64,000 bases of DNA from Alphaproteobacteria bacterium (lineage in GTDB: Bacteria; Pseudomonadota; Alphaproteobacteria; MPNO01; UBA830): assembly GCA_964291215.2 (NCBI GenBank), contig OZ219790.1, positions 1,600,001 through 1,664,000 of the forward strand, written 5' to 3'. The notes under the pieces are model-generated. The model had not been told where the DNA came from. It did no database searches and saw nothing but the letters and a program-made list of their open reading frames with translations. The first letter of the stretch is position 1, and each line of letters begins with the position of its first letter. A program made the translations under genes and the position numbers. Of the stretch, positions 29,976 to 40,391 are shown one piece after another.

Positions 29976-30809
29976 ATGACACTCAAAGCACAGGCTCATG
30001 ACGACACGGTCCAGGGCATTCTCCAGTTCACCGTGCATACCGGCGAGATCCCGACGACGCAGGTCGGCGACGGGGGTGGGCGCAGCGATCCCAAGACCGG
30101 AACCTACGAAATGAAGCAGGTGGCGATCCACAACGGACGACCCATGGCGGACAGCTTCGATCTGGAACGACAGGGCTTCAATTTCCTGAGATATCCCACC
30201 GCGGTCAGGGATTTTACGGATCGTTCCGAAGTCGAAAGCGTCTACTACCCGGAACTCGAACGGCTGCTGCTCAGGGAAACCGGTGCCGCCAAGGTTGTCA
30301 TTTTCGACCATACGATACGCATCGGCGATCCGGCAAAGAGGGATGCGCTCGGCGTGCGCGATCCGGTGCGCAACGCACACAACGACTTCACCGACGAGTC
30401 CGCCCCCCAGCGCGTCCGCGACCTGCTGCCCGCCGACGAGGCGGAAGAGCGCCTCAACCGGCGCTTCACGTCCATCAACGTCTGGCGCCCGCTGACCGGG
30501 CCGGTGAAGACCGATCCGATCGCCATCTGCGAATGGGAAAGTATCGGGGTAAACGACATGATCGTTGCCCGGCGCGTCTACAAGGACCGCGTCGGCAGCA
30601 TCCTCAATCTCAGCTACAACCCCCGGCAGCGCTGGTACTATTTCCCGGAGATGGGGTGCGACGAGGTCATCCTGCTCAAGTGCTTCGATTCCGAGCGCGA
30701 CGGTCGCGCCCGCTGGACCGCGCATGCCGCGTTCGAGGACCCGGATGGCAACGACAGCAGCCTTCCCGCGCGAGAGAGCATAGAAGTCAGAACGCTGCTG
30801 TTCTACTGA
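29976..30809 (+). CDS. CmcJ/NvfI (AsaB-like) family oxidoreductase
   Basis: FDLERQGF, VIFDHTIR, AHNDFT, INVWRPL, QRWYYFPEM, HAAFEDP and RESIEVR motifs. Confidence 0.85.
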   Translation: MTLKAQAHDDTVQGILQFTVHTGEIPTTQVGDGGGRSDPKTGTYEMKQVAIHNGRPMADSFDLERQGFNFLRYPTAVRDFTDRSEVESVYYPELERLLLRETGAAKVVIFDHTIRIGDPAKRDALGVRDPVRNAHNDFTDESAPQRVRDLLPADEAEERLNRRFTSINVWRPLTGPVKTDPIAICEWESIGVNDMIVARRVYKDRVGSILNLSYNPRQRWYYFPEMGCDEVILLKCFDSERDGRARWTAHAAFEDPDGNDSSLPARESIEVRTLLFY

Positions 30810-30934
30810 ACAGCAGCGCCGGGGGCCGTGAGCGGCAAGCGGCGACGCAGTTTCGGCGCTGGCCGAACGCCCTGTAGCGGCAGCTTCTCCGGCGTTAGGG
30901 TACGGCCGTTCGGATCAACGGTTTCCGCCCGCGG

Positions 30935-31444
30935 TCACGGCCGCAACGCAACATGGCCACAGCTTCCGCAGGTGCGGTGTTCCTCGGAATCGAAGAAATT
31001 TGCATAGGCATTCGAGACCGGATCCTTCGCGTAGTCGTCGACCACGAACGTCTCCTCGTGCAGAAAAGCATCGCATGAGGGACAGTACCACTGGAAACGG
31101 TCGATTTCGCCGCCGCGGCGCATGCGCTCCGAGACCAGAAGATAGGCGTCCGGCGGAAACCGCGGCGAATGCGGTATGCCGGCAGCGGTATAGATCGTGC
31201 AGCCCTCCCTGACGACGGCCACATCCTCCTCTCCTTCCGGCGTGCGGTAGTGAAGATTCATCTCGCCGCGCAGCATGGTCATGGTTTCATCGCCGGGATT
31301 GATGTGGAACTCGCTGCGATACGGGCGGCCACGCGCGACGAACACCAGAGATTCAGGCGTCTGCCACAACACGTGGACATGTGCCCCCGTTCGGCCGAGT
31401 TCCTCGGATATCGCGTTGAGGTCAGCAACTGGCATAGGCAACAT
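30935..31444 (-). CDS. 3-hydroxyanthranilate 3,4-dioxygenase-like cupin
   Basis: RSEFHINPGDE, IPHSPR, WYCPSC and EEHRTCGSCG (rubredoxin-like Cys pairs). Confidence 0.85.
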   Translation of the reverse strand: MLPMPVADLNAISEELGRTGAHVHVLWQTPESLVFVARGRPYRSEFHINPGDETMTMLRGEMNLHYRTPEGEEDVAVVREGCTIYTAAGIPHSPRFPPDAYLLVSERMRRGGEIDRFQWYCPSCDAFLHEETFVVDDYAKDPVSNAYANFFDSEEHRTCGSCGHVALRP

Positions 31445-31521
31445 TCGCTTGTCTCCCTTGCTTAACCAGCGGGCTGCGGCGACGCCAGCTGGCCGACATT
31501 AGCGGGATGCGGTGCCGTCCA

Positions 31522-33159
31522 TCATCCGGCCCCTTCCGATGCGGCCGGCGCCGACCTGCCAAGGATCATGTCGGAGGCCTTTTCCGCCACCATCACCACG
31601 ACCGCATTGATGTTTCCTCCGACGAGGTCGGGGAAAATCGACGCGTCAGCGACGCGAAGCCCGTCCACTCCGCGCACCCTGAGTTCCGAATCGACAACCG
31701 AGTTCTGGTCGGCACCCATCCGGCAGGTACTTGCCGGATGATATACCGTCGTCAACGTCTCGCGAACGAAGGCATCCACCTCGTCATCGCTGTTCACGTC
31801 GTCTCCCGGCATCAGTTCCTTGCCGCGCGCGCCGTCGAATGCCGGCTGCGCTACTAGCCGGCGGATAAGCCGGAAACTCTCTCGCTGCACTAACCGATCG
31901 GTCTCGGTCGCAAGGAAGTTGTTCTGGATGCGTACCGGATCGACAGGATCGGCCGAACGCAGGCGCACAGTGCCACGGCTCTCGGGACGCAAATGGCAAG
32001 TCCGGAAAGCGAAACTCTCGTCCGCCGGCGGGCGGATCACTGGAAACCACTCGCGCGCGTCCAAGGCCGTTGGCCGGAAGAACATCTGGATGTCGGGCAG
32101 TTCGAGTTCAGGGCGGCTCTTGAAGAAGCCGGTCAGCGACGACGGCGGCAGGGCGACCGGACCCCTCCCGAAGAACATGGCGCGGATCGCATTCAGGAAA
32201 AGCCGGTCCATCCGCAGGTGCTCGTGGAATCGCGACGGCGTCGCATATTCATATTCGACGCCGATCGCAGGATGGTCCTGCAGGTTTCCGCCGACCTGGG
32301 GCAGTTCATGCCTGGTCTCGATGCCGATCTCCGCAAGATGGTCCCCGGGACCGATCCCGGACAGCATCAGGACCTGAGGCGAGTTGATGGCGCCTCCCGA
32401 CAGGATCACCTCGCGCTCCGCACCGACTCGTCTGGTCTCTCCGCCGATGACGTATTCGACGCCGACCGCCTGACCATCCTCGAGCAGGATCCGCGTCACA
32501 TGCGCACCGGTCTCCACCTTGACGTTGGATCTCTGCATCGCAGGCCGCAGATAGGCGACCGCCATGCTCTGCCGCCGGCCCCGGTCGACATTGATCTGGA
32601 GACGGGCGACACCGTCCTGGACGGCGCCGTTGTAGTCCGGCGTCTGCGGGTATCCGGCGGAGCGCGCAGCGTCGAAGAAGGTGTCGATGATCGGATCGGC
32701 AATCGGCGTCGTGCGGATCTTCCACGGACCGTCCGCCCCATGATAGGGGTTGTCACGGCCCTCGAACGACTCCGCCCGCCTGAAATACGGCAGCACGTCG
32801 TCGTAGGACCAGCCGCCGAGCCCGGTCTGCCGCCACCGGTCGAAGTCTCCCCGGTTGCCGCGCACATAGGCCATCATGTTTATCGACGACCCGCCGCCAA
32901 GCACCTTGCCGCGGGGATGGAAGATCTGACGCCCCCCGAGATGAGGTTCGGGTTCTGACATGTAGGACCAGTTGAAACGCGGGTCGTTCCATACCTTGCC
33001 GACACCGAGCGGCAGGTGAATCAGCATGCTGCGGTCGCGGATACCAGCTTCCAGAACGAGAACCCGGCTGTTTCCGTCCTCGCTCAGCCGGTGTGCAAGC
33101 ACGCATCCCGCGGATCCGGCGCCGACGATCACGAAATCGAAGCTCTCTGACGGTGGCAC
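31522..33159 (-). CDS. GMC oxidoreductase (choline dehydrogenase-like)
   Basis: [36 protein letters not shown] and [10 protein letters not shown] motifs; GTG start after AGGAG. Confidence 0.92.
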   Translation of the reverse strand: MPPSESFDFVIVGAGSAGCVLAHRLSEDGNSRVLVLEAGIRDRSMLIHLPLGVGKVWNDPRFNWSYMSEPEPHLGGRQIFHPRGKVLGGGSSINMMAYVRGNRGDFDRWRQTGLGGWSYDDVLPYFRRAESFEGRDNPYHGADGPWKIRTTPIADPIIDTFFDAARSAGYPQTPDYNGAVQDGVARLQINVDRGRRQSMAVAYLRPAMQRSNVKVETGAHVTRILLEDGQAVGVEYVIGGETRRVGAEREVILSGGAINSPQVLMLSGIGPGDHLAEIGIETRHELPQVGGNLQDHPAIGVEYEYATPSRFHEHLRMDRLFLNAIRAMFFGRGPVALPPSSLTGFFKSRPELELPDIQMFFRPTALDAREWFPVIRPPADESFAFRTCHLRPESRGTVRLRSADPVDPVRIQNNFLATETDRLVQRESFRLIRRLVAQPAFDGARGKELMPGDDVNSDDEVDAFVRETLTTVYHPASTCRMGADQNSVVDSELRVRGVDGLRVADASIFPDLVGGNINAVVVMVAEKASDMILGRSAPAASEGAG

Positions 33160-33406
33160 GGTGGAAATTCTCCTGCAAAGCGTGATTCGCACGGCATCCG
33201 CACCTTGGCAAGGCTACCAGAATTCCCCCGGTGCCACAATTCGCCATGACCGGCCGGACGCGCCTCACCGTCTCCGCGGAATGCCGTGACGGGTTCTGGC
33301 AGCGGCCGGCGAAAAACCGCGGGGAAGCGCGGTTTGTGACATGCCGGCGAACGTCGGGACTCTTCCGGAGCACACTCCCCGGCCGGGCGCTGTTCGGCGA
33401 AAGGTC

Positions 33407-33483
33407 TGGCGCGCCCGGAAGGATTCGAACCCTCGACCTGCGGATTAGAAGTCCGCTGCTCTATCCGGCTGAGCTACGGGCGC
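33407..33483 (-). tRNA. tRNA-Arg(TCT)
   Basis: Cloverleaf GCGCCCG...anticodon loop CTTCTAA...GGTTCGAATCC...CCA. Confidence 0.95.
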
Positions 33484-33636
33484 CTAGTGCCATCATCGCT
33501 CCATAGCACAATGGCGACGAGGATGGGAGCGAGCGGCGCAGATCCACGACGGCTCAGCCAGCATGCGCCGCACTACCGATCCTGTATATTTGGTTCCTCT
33601 GGCGGGCGGATCCGCCACTTGAACAGCGACGGAAGG

Positions 33637-34413
33637 ATGACGGCAATGGGCGGAAGGATTGACGGAAAGAGAACGCTGATCGTGGGCGGCGGCGGTGGTA
33701 TTGGCGGCGCAACCGCCAAACGGTTTCACACCGAGGGTGCCAGCGTCGCCATCATCGATGTCGATGCCGAGGCCGGCGTGCGTATGGCGGACGCGCTTCG
33801 GGAGAGTTCCGGTAGCGGCAGGGTCCTGACGCTCGCAACCGACATCGGCGAGCCCGGCGCCGCGAAGGAGGCCGTAGACCAGGCCGCCGCCGAACTCGGA
33901 GGCCTTGACATCACCGTTCATTCCGCAGCCGCCCGCGAGGCGACAGCCACCATCGAGGAGTTGGCCGTCGAGGAATGGCACGAGGTCGTACGCGTAAACC
34001 TCACGAGCATGTTCTATCTCTGCAAATACGCGCTTCCTCACCTGCGCGCCGACGGCGGCGGCGTGATCATCAACATCGCCTCCCAATTCGGCAGTGTCGC
34101 GACGGCCGGGCGTCCCGCCTATCACGCGACAAAGGGTGCCGTCATTCAACTCACCCGCGCGCTAGCTGTCGAGAACGCAACCGACGGCATCCGCGCAGTC
34201 AGCATCTCTCCTGGGGCCATCGAGACCAACCGCCTTCTGGCCCGCCACAAGACCTTCGAACGGGTGCGCGAGCGGCTTGTGCCCGGACATCCGATCGGAC
34301 GGCTGGGCCAGCCCGAGGAGATCGCGAACGCCGTCCTGTTCGCCGCCAGCGATGAGGCCGCGTTCATGACGGGATCCGATCTTCTGGTCGACGGCGGATA
34401 CACCGCCGTCTGA
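33637..34413 (+). CDS. SDR family oxidoreductase
   Basis: GGGGGIG, NIAS, YHATK and TGSDLLVDGG motifs. Confidence 0.92.
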   Translation: MTAMGGRIDGKRTLIVGGGGGIGGATAKRFHTEGASVAIIDVDAEAGVRMADALRESSGSGRVLTLATDIGEPGAAKEAVDQAAAELGGLDITVHSAAAREATATIEELAVEEWHEVVRVNLTSMFYLCKYALPHLRADGGGVIINIASQFGSVATAGRPAYHATKGAVIQLTRALAVENATDGIRAVSISPGAIETNRLLARHKTFERVRERLVPGHPIGRLGQPEEIANAVLFAASDEAAFMTGSDLLVDGGYTAV

Positions 34414-34518
34414 CGGGGCGGGAACGGACGGGCCCGTCCGCGAGCCGCGGAACCGGTCTTCGGCCCCCGCCCGCTTCCCCCTGGACAGAATCCGCTGCTT
34501 TCGCCATTCTCCGCCGCC

Positions 34519-35610
34519 ATGCCGCCTATCGCATATTTTCCGGCCGACTATCGCAGCGGGCGCGCCGCCTTCCGCGCCGCGGCCGCAACCGCAGGAGCGC
34601 GGCTCACCAGCTACATGGCGCCGTCGACGGGGCCGGACGGCAAACCACTCCATACCGACGTCGCAGTCATCGGCGCCGAGGACGCACCCCATGTCCTGAT
34701 ATGCAATTCCGCAACACACGGCGTCGAGGGTTTCTGCGGTTCCGGCGTATTCACCGGCTGGCTCGATTGCAACGGCGTCGCGCAGCTTCCAGACTCCGTC
34801 AAGGTCGTACTGATCCACGCTCTAAACTGCCACGGTTTTGCGTGGCTGCGGCGCGTGACCGAGGAGAATGTCGATCTCAACCGGAACTTCGTCGATCATT
34901 CCGCGACACTTCCCGCAAATTCCGAATACCGCCAGTTCCACACAGTGCTGCTCCCGGACAGGTGGGATGATCAGTCGACTGCGCCGATGATCGCCGCGTT
35001 CGAGCGCTATTCGGCCAAGCACTCACCCTTCCGGCTGCAATGCGTCCTGACCGCCGGCCAGTACGAGTACGAGGACGGCATCTTCTATGGCGGGCGGCAG
35101 GAGACGGCGGCGCGCCGACGTTTTCTCAAGATCATCGACGCGCACGCGTCCGGGGCCAGCCACCTCTTCTTCCTTGACTGGCACACCGGTCTCGGGGAGT
35201 ACGGGGCTGCCGAGCTGATCGGGCAGACCCGCCCGGGAACCGCGCATGGCGACCGGGTGTCGCGATGGTTCGTCACCGGTCTGACCTCGACGAAGGACGG
35301 AACATCGTCCTCGGCACCGGTCTCGGGCACCATCGGTTCCGGGCTGCGCCGCCGGCTGGCCGCAGCGCCTACAGAGGTTACGAGCCTGACGGTCGAGTTC
35401 GGAACCTACCCGCCACGCGATGTCCTGATGCCGATCATTGCTGACAACTGGCTGCATCTCAGAGGCGATCCCGGCGACGGGACCGGCCGCAGCATCAAGG
35501 CCGGCATCCGCAGGGCGCTCTATCCCGACCATGATGACTGGAAGGAACTCGTGTGGATGCGCGGACGCGAGATCATGAACCAGGCCATCGAGGGGCTTGG
35601 CAGCCTCTGA
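34519..35610 (+). CDS. DUF2817 / M14-like metallopeptidase
   Basis: SATHGVEG, NVDLNRNF, DWHTGLG and VEFGT motifs. Confidence 0.8.
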   Translation: MPPIAYFPADYRSGRAAFRAAAATAGARLTSYMAPSTGPDGKPLHTDVAVIGAEDAPHVLICNSATHGVEGFCGSGVFTGWLDCNGVAQLPDSVKVVLIHALNCHGFAWLRRVTEENVDLNRNFVDHSATLPANSEYRQFHTVLLPDRWDDQSTAPMIAAFERYSAKHSPFRLQCVLTAGQYEYEDGIFYGGRQETAARRRFLKIIDAHASGASHLFFLDWHTGLGEYGAAELIGQTRPGTAHGDRVSRWFVTGLTSTKDGTSSSAPVSGTIGSGLRRRLAAAPTEVTSLTVEFGTYPPRDVLMPIIADNWLHLRGDPGDGTGRSIKAGIRRALYPDHDDWKELVWMRGREIMNQAIEGLGSL

Positions 35611-35620
35611 CGGCGAACGT

Positions 35621-35929
35621 TCAGTGCGTCCAGTTGTTTTCGCGTCCGAAACGGAAATTGTCGGAATAGCTCTTCGGCTGCGGCGCACGTGTCCGGGGCT
35701 CGATCACCTGGTAGTCGAGCCCTTCACGCTCGCAAAACGCGATCGCATTCTCTCGACTGTCGAAGACCATGCGCAACTGGTTCCTGGTGTCGCCCCGACC
35801 AGCCCAGCCCATAAGCGGATCGCTGACCTGACGGGCACCTGGCTCGAACTCCACGAGCCAGTTCCGCGTCCGCGCCCGGCCGGACTGCATCGCCGTCTTG
35901 CGGGGCTGGTAGATCCGTACCGCCACCAT
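35621..35929 (-). CDS. ETC complex I subunit (NDUFS4-like)
   Basis: RIYQPRKTAMQSG, DPLMGW and KSYSDNF motifs. Confidence 0.9.
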   Translation of the reverse strand: MVAVRIYQPRKTAMQSGRARTRNWLVEFEPGARQVSDPLMGWAGRGDTRNQLRMVFDSRENAIAFCEREGLDYQVIEPRTRAPQPKSYSDNFRFGRENNWTH

Positions 35930-36137
35930 CCCGTCCCGTTCCGTCTCGATTACCGTCGCGCTTATAATCCCACAGCCGCAGACGAGGTCAAGTTGCACGA
36001 AACTGTTGCAAATGCTAACCTTTCAAATGTTGACCTACGGCAGGCGGAAGCGCTGGCGCTTGAGCGTCGCCAAACGGCTATGCTGCCGGATGCCTATTAT
36101 GTGCGCCTGCTGCGCACCCCAGATGGAGAGCCCTTTC

Positions 36138-37175
36138 ATGCAATTCAGAAAACTCGTACCGCTTGCCGGCGGCGTTCTCGCCGCGACCGCCATTCTGGCG
36201 GCACCGGCTAAGGCTGCCGACTTCGACTTTGCCGGCAAGCAGATCAAGCTGGTGATCGGCTTCGGCTTCGGCGGCACCTACGGCAAGTACACGCGGATGT
36301 TCGCCGAGCATCTGAAGAAACACATCCCGGGCACCCCGAACATCATCGTCGAATCGCGGCCCGGCGCCGGCGGCGTGCTGGCCACCAACTACGCGGCCAA
36401 GGCGATGCCCGCAAACGGTCTCAACTATCTCGTGCCGCCAGACAGTTCGGTCATCGTGCAGCTCATGCGTCCCAAGAAGGCCAAGTTCGACATGAGCAAG
36501 TTCACCTGGATCGGCAGCGCCAACCAGACCAACGTGATCATGGTCGTGCGCAGCGACACCGGCGTCACCAAATGGGAGGATCTCCGCACGACCGCGGTTC
36601 CGATGGGGTCAACGGGCCTAGGCTCGACATCGACCATCATGCCGGGGCTCGTCAACCGCATGCTGGGAACGAAGATGAAGATCGTCACCGGCTACAAGGG
36701 CTCGTCGAAGACCGGCCTCGCAGTCGAGCAGGGCGAGGTGCGTGGCGCCGCGTTCAACTGGCTGTTCTGGAAGTCCAAGTACGAAAGATGGTTCCAGGGC
36801 GACAAGCCCTATGCCCGCGCCGTGCTGCAGCTCGGTCATTTCAAGGATCCGGAACTCCCGAACGTCCCCATGATGAACGACATTGCCGATCCCAAGTATC
36901 TTCCGGTCCTCAAATTCATCGGCGCGCTCGGGCTCATCGGCCGCGGCGTCGCCGCCCCGCCGGGCACTCCGAAAGGCGCCATCTCGGTGATGCGGACGGC
37001 ATGGGACAAGATGGTCGTCGATCCGGCATTCATCGCCGACGCGAAGAAGCGCAAGCTTCGCGTCATTCCGGGGAGCGGAGCCGATATCCAGAAGGTCGTC
37101 AATGACGCCATCGCAAACACTGATCAGAGTGTCGCCAAGCAGGCCGCCGCGCTCGCCTACGGCACCAAGAAATAG
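36138..37175 (+). CDS. Tripartite tricarboxylate transporter substrate-binding protein (Bug/TctC family)
   Basis: Signal peptide; GFGFGGTY, PGAGG, VTGYKGS and APPGTP motifs. Confidence 0.88.
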   Translation: MQFRKLVPLAGGVLAATAILAAPAKAADFDFAGKQIKLVIGFGFGGTYGKYTRMFAEHLKKHIPGTPNIIVESRPGAGGVLATNYAAKAMPANGLNYLVPPDSSVIVQLMRPKKAKFDMSKFTWIGSANQTNVIMVVRSDTGVTKWEDLRTTAVPMGSTGLGSTSTIMPGLVNRMLGTKMKIVTGYKGSSKTGLAVEQGEVRGAAFNWLFWKSKYERWFQGDKPYARAVLQLGHFKDPELPNVPMMNDIADPKYLPVLKFIGALGLIGRGVAAPPGTPKGAISVMRTAWDKMVVDPAFIADAKKRKLRVIPGSGADIQKVVNDAIANTDQSVAKQAAALAYGTKK

Positions 37176-37209
37176 ACCGGCATCGGCGCTCGGTCGCCGC
37201 AGCGGTCGC

Positions 37210-37238
37210 GAACGGCCCTTCCCCGTGAAGGGCCGTTC
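37210..37238 (+). terminator. Intergenic hairpin (terminator or mRNA stabiliser)
   Basis: GAACGGCCCTTC-CCCGT-GAAGGGCCGTTC. Confidence 0.5.
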
Positions 37239-37256
37239 GTCTTCTGGCGCAGCATC

Positions 37257-38393
37257 ATGATAACCTACAAGTACAATTCCGCCGACAACCATCTCGACCA
37301 GCGCTGGATTCCGGCAAACCTCTGGCAGAGCCGCGTTACATCGAACTTTCGCCGCAACGCCCCGAAGGTGGTCGAACGCGACGGAAGCTGGGTCTGGGAA
37401 TGGGAGGGCCGCATTTTCGGCGGTCGCGACGGCGGAAGCGCCGACAGCCCCGACAACCGGCGCATTCTCGAAGAGCATTATGGCGCGCATGCGGACGGCC
37501 TGCCGGACGGAGCGCTGCCGCCCGCCGATCCCGAGATCATCCTCCGGCACATGGACATGGCCGGAATCTGGGCCTATGTCGGCTATGCCGCGGTCCGCAA
37601 GTGGCAGGTCGGCGATGTCGCGCTGCGCCACGAGATTCACCGGGTCTACAACGACTGGATGATGGAGCTGAACGCGGTCCAGCCCGACCGTCTGCTCATG
37701 CTTCCGATCATGCCGGTATTCGATCCCGGAGCCACGCTCGTCGAGCTCGAGCGCATGAAGACGCTGGGCTGCAAGGCGGTGGAGTTTCCCGTCGCCGATC
37801 TTGCGGAGGATATCTGGGCGGAATGCTGGGATCCGTTCTGGTCAGCCTGCGAGGACGGCAACGTAACCGTGTGCAGCCACATCGGCGACAGCGCCGGTGC
37901 ACCCTATCCCCCGACCACGCGCGGCGCGCGCATGGCCTATTTCTCATGCGTGCCGTTCAGCGCCGCGAAGCCGATCTCCGAACTTGCGTATTCCGGCACC
38001 CTTATGCGCCATCCGCGGCTGCGCTACAACTATGGCGAATGCCGCGCCGGTTGGGGGCCGATGCTGCTGCAGTGGATGGACCGCCAGGCCGTCGAGCGGC
38101 CCGGCCTGTTCGCCGACACCGGGCTGAAGGACATGCCGAGCGCCTATGTCAGGCGCCAGGTGACGATCACCTACGAGGAGGACTATGTCGCAGGCATGCT
38201 GCTCCACCATCCCGAATCCGGAATGGCGGACATCCTGATGTGGGGTGCCGACTATCCCCACGGCCAGGGCGTGTGGCCGGACGCCGGTCCGGTGATGGAC
38301 CGGATGTTCGAGGGTCTCGACGACGGACTCCGCCGCAAGATCGTGTTCGACCGCTGCCTTGAGGTGTTTGACCTCGAGGGACCACCGGTGTAG
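37257..38393 (+). CDS. Amidohydrolase family protein
   Basis: SADNH, HIG and MWGADYPH motifs. Confidence 0.85.
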   Translation: MITYKYNSADNHLDQRWIPANLWQSRVTSNFRRNAPKVVERDGSWVWEWEGRIFGGRDGGSADSPDNRRILEEHYGAHADGLPDGALPPADPEIILRHMDMAGIWAYVGYAAVRKWQVGDVALRHEIHRVYNDWMMELNAVQPDRLLMLPIMPVFDPGATLVELERMKTLGCKAVEFPVADLAEDIWAECWDPFWSACEDGNVTVCSHIGDSAGAPYPPTTRGARMAYFSCVPFSAAKPISELAYSGTLMRHPRLRYNYGECRAGWGPMLLQWMDRQAVERPGLFADTGLKDMPSAYVRRQVTITYEEDYVAGMLLHHPESGMADILMWGADYPHGQGVWPDAGPVMDRMFEGLDDGLRRKIVFDRCLEVFDLEGPPV

Positions 38394-38436
38394 GGAAACA
38401 GAACTCTCCGATCGGCCGGAGAAGGAAGGGGAGACC

Positions 38437-38937
38437 ATGGCAAAGCTCAGGCACATCGCACTTTCGGTTCCGGATCCCGAGAAGGCGGCCGACTTCTACT
38501 GCGAGGCCTTCGATATGGTCCGCGTCGGCAAGACGGATTCGCCGCTTGCCAAGGGGTGCTATGTCTCGGACGGGGTGATCACGGTTGCGCTTCTCGCCTA
38601 CAAGACCGACGAATGGGCCGGCTACGTCGAAGGCGAGGACGAGCGCGGCAAGGACCATGTCGGATTGCATCACATCGGCTTCTGGGTCGACGACTTGCGC
38701 GAAGCCGAGGAAAAGATCGAGAAAGCTGGCGGCAAGTACTTCATGGGGCGTCCCGAAGACGATGCACCGAGCACCTTCTACGAGATGAAGTTCCGCGATC
38801 CGCACGGGGTGATCGTCGACTGCACCCATCTCGGATGGGGCGGTTCCGTCAAGGAGGTAATTCCGGCGGACGAGTCGGAGCGCGAGAGATTCCGGAAACG
38901 TTTCGCCGGCACGGCGATCGCAGAGGCCGCCGAATAG
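38437..38937 (+). CDS. VOC/glyoxalase family protein
   Basis: KLRHIALSV, GLHHIGFWVDD and EMKFRDPHG motifs. Confidence 0.88.
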   Translation: MAKLRHIALSVPDPEKAADFYCEAFDMVRVGKTDSPLAKGCYVSDGVITVALLAYKTDEWAGYVEGEDERGKDHVGLHHIGFWVDDLREAEEKIEKAGGKYFMGRPEDDAPSTFYEMKFRDPHGVIVDCTHLGWGGSVKEVIPADESERERFRKRFAGTAIAEAAE

Positions 38938-38968
38938 CGAGCGGGACCGCGCCGAATCGGGCACCAGT

Positions 38969-39979
38969 TCACTCCGGGGCCAGACCTCCGGTCGGGGGCA
39001 GCGGGATGCCGCGGCCTGCGGTACGAGCGGCCTCGTAGATGTGGTGGCAGACGGCCACATCGTGCGAAACCAGACCCGCAGTGTGAATCAGCACGCGCTC
39101 GCTGTCGCGCTCGCGTCCGGCAACCCTCTCTGTGACGACATCGCAGATCTCGCCGTGGAGGCGCTCGCGCGGAAATTGCCCGTCACCAACCATCTGCACG
39201 AACTCCGGATACAGCATGTTGGTGTTCCAGTCATCGACCACGACTTTGTCGAACGCTGACCAGCCCCCCGGATCCATCTCCCGCCGCGCCAGCGAGATGT
39301 AGACGGCACCAGGTTTGACCCACCCCTCGCGGGCGTTGATGTCATTCGATGTGGTGCCACCGACGCAGATGTCGGCCGGACGCACCACCTTCTCGATCGA
39401 ATCGACGGCGTCGACCACGATCCCAAGCCGGGATGACCAGTCGGCAGCGAATTTCTCGCGGGTCTCGTGCCGCCGCGAAGTACAGACGATCCTCTCGAAA
39501 TCGTAGAGTGTCAACAGGCACCGGAGCGCGTTGACCCCCATCGTCCCGACGCCGACCAGCCCCAGCACGCGCGGTGCAGCTGGCCCGAGCCAGCGTAACG
39601 CAAGAACGGCCGCCGCCGCACTCCGGATCGCATAGGACCAGTGTTCCTCGACGATCGCCTGTGCCCGGCCTGTAGCGGGATCGGACAGCGTCACATAGCG
39701 CGTGCAATCCAGCTGGCCGACGGTGTTGCGCACACCATCGTCGTAATAGTTGTACATGCGCACGCCCGACGCCGGGATGTCGGGAAGGAAAGCCCCCTTC
39801 ACATGCCAGTGGTTATGCCATGGGGCGGAGGTGTCGATACGCCAAGACAGCGGCGTCGACCATTGCACGGTTCCCCGGGCGTGCATGCGATAGACATCCT
39901 CGCAGATCCGCATCGCGTCCTAGACTCCGAGAAGGTCTAGCGTCTCGCGATAGGGTACGAACAGGACGCCGTCGGGCAT
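38969..39979 (-). pseudogene. Ornithine cyclodeaminase/mu-crystallin family protein with in-frame TAG at codon 20
   Basis: AAGGAG RBS and ATG at 39979; TAG at 39920-39922; GLVGVGTMG and AGLVSHDVAV motifs. Confidence 0.7.
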
Positions 39980-40012
39980 CTCGTCTCCTTTTGCCGATCC
40001 GGCCGGCCCGGA

Positions 40013-40372
40013 TCAGCTGTCGATCACGAAGTCGAAACTGTCGCCGGCCGGCGCATAGATCTCGAACAGTTCAAGCTCGCCTTCGCCAGCATTGGTAAGC
40101 GAATGCCGCAACCCCGCCGGAATGTAGACCACGTCGTCCTCGCGAATCGTGTGGTTCTTCCCTTCAACCACCAGAAGGCCCGTTCCGCGTTTGACGATAT
40201 AGACATTGTCAGATGAGGTGTGACGGTGATAACGGCCACCCGGCTCGCCGGCGCGAAGCAGGTTAAGATGGACATCGACCGCAGCGACATCGACGAAGCG
40301 CTTCTGGAGGCCGCGTCCCCGCGGCATGGCGACGGCCTCCGCCTCATCGCCACGCACTATCCTGAATTCCAA
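40013..40372 (-). CDS. Cupin domain protein
   Basis: YHRH...NVYIV and YIPAGLRHSLTN motifs; TTG start after GGGAGG. Confidence 0.8.
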   Translation of the reverse strand: MEFRIVRGDEAEAVAMPRGRGLQKRFVDVAAVDVHLNLLRAGEPGGRYHRHTSSDNVYIVKRGTGLLVVEGKNHTIREDDVVYIPAGLRHSLTNAGEGELELFEIYAPAGDSFDFVIDS

Positions 40373-40391
40373 CGCCGGCCTCCCAGCCACG

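Noticed and set aside
36006-36137. Extended N-termini given by the ORF track for several genes (TctC, aminotransferase, amidase, prmA, mlaA, SDR)
   Set aside because: Downstream starts with RBS or ATGA coupling fit family lengths better.
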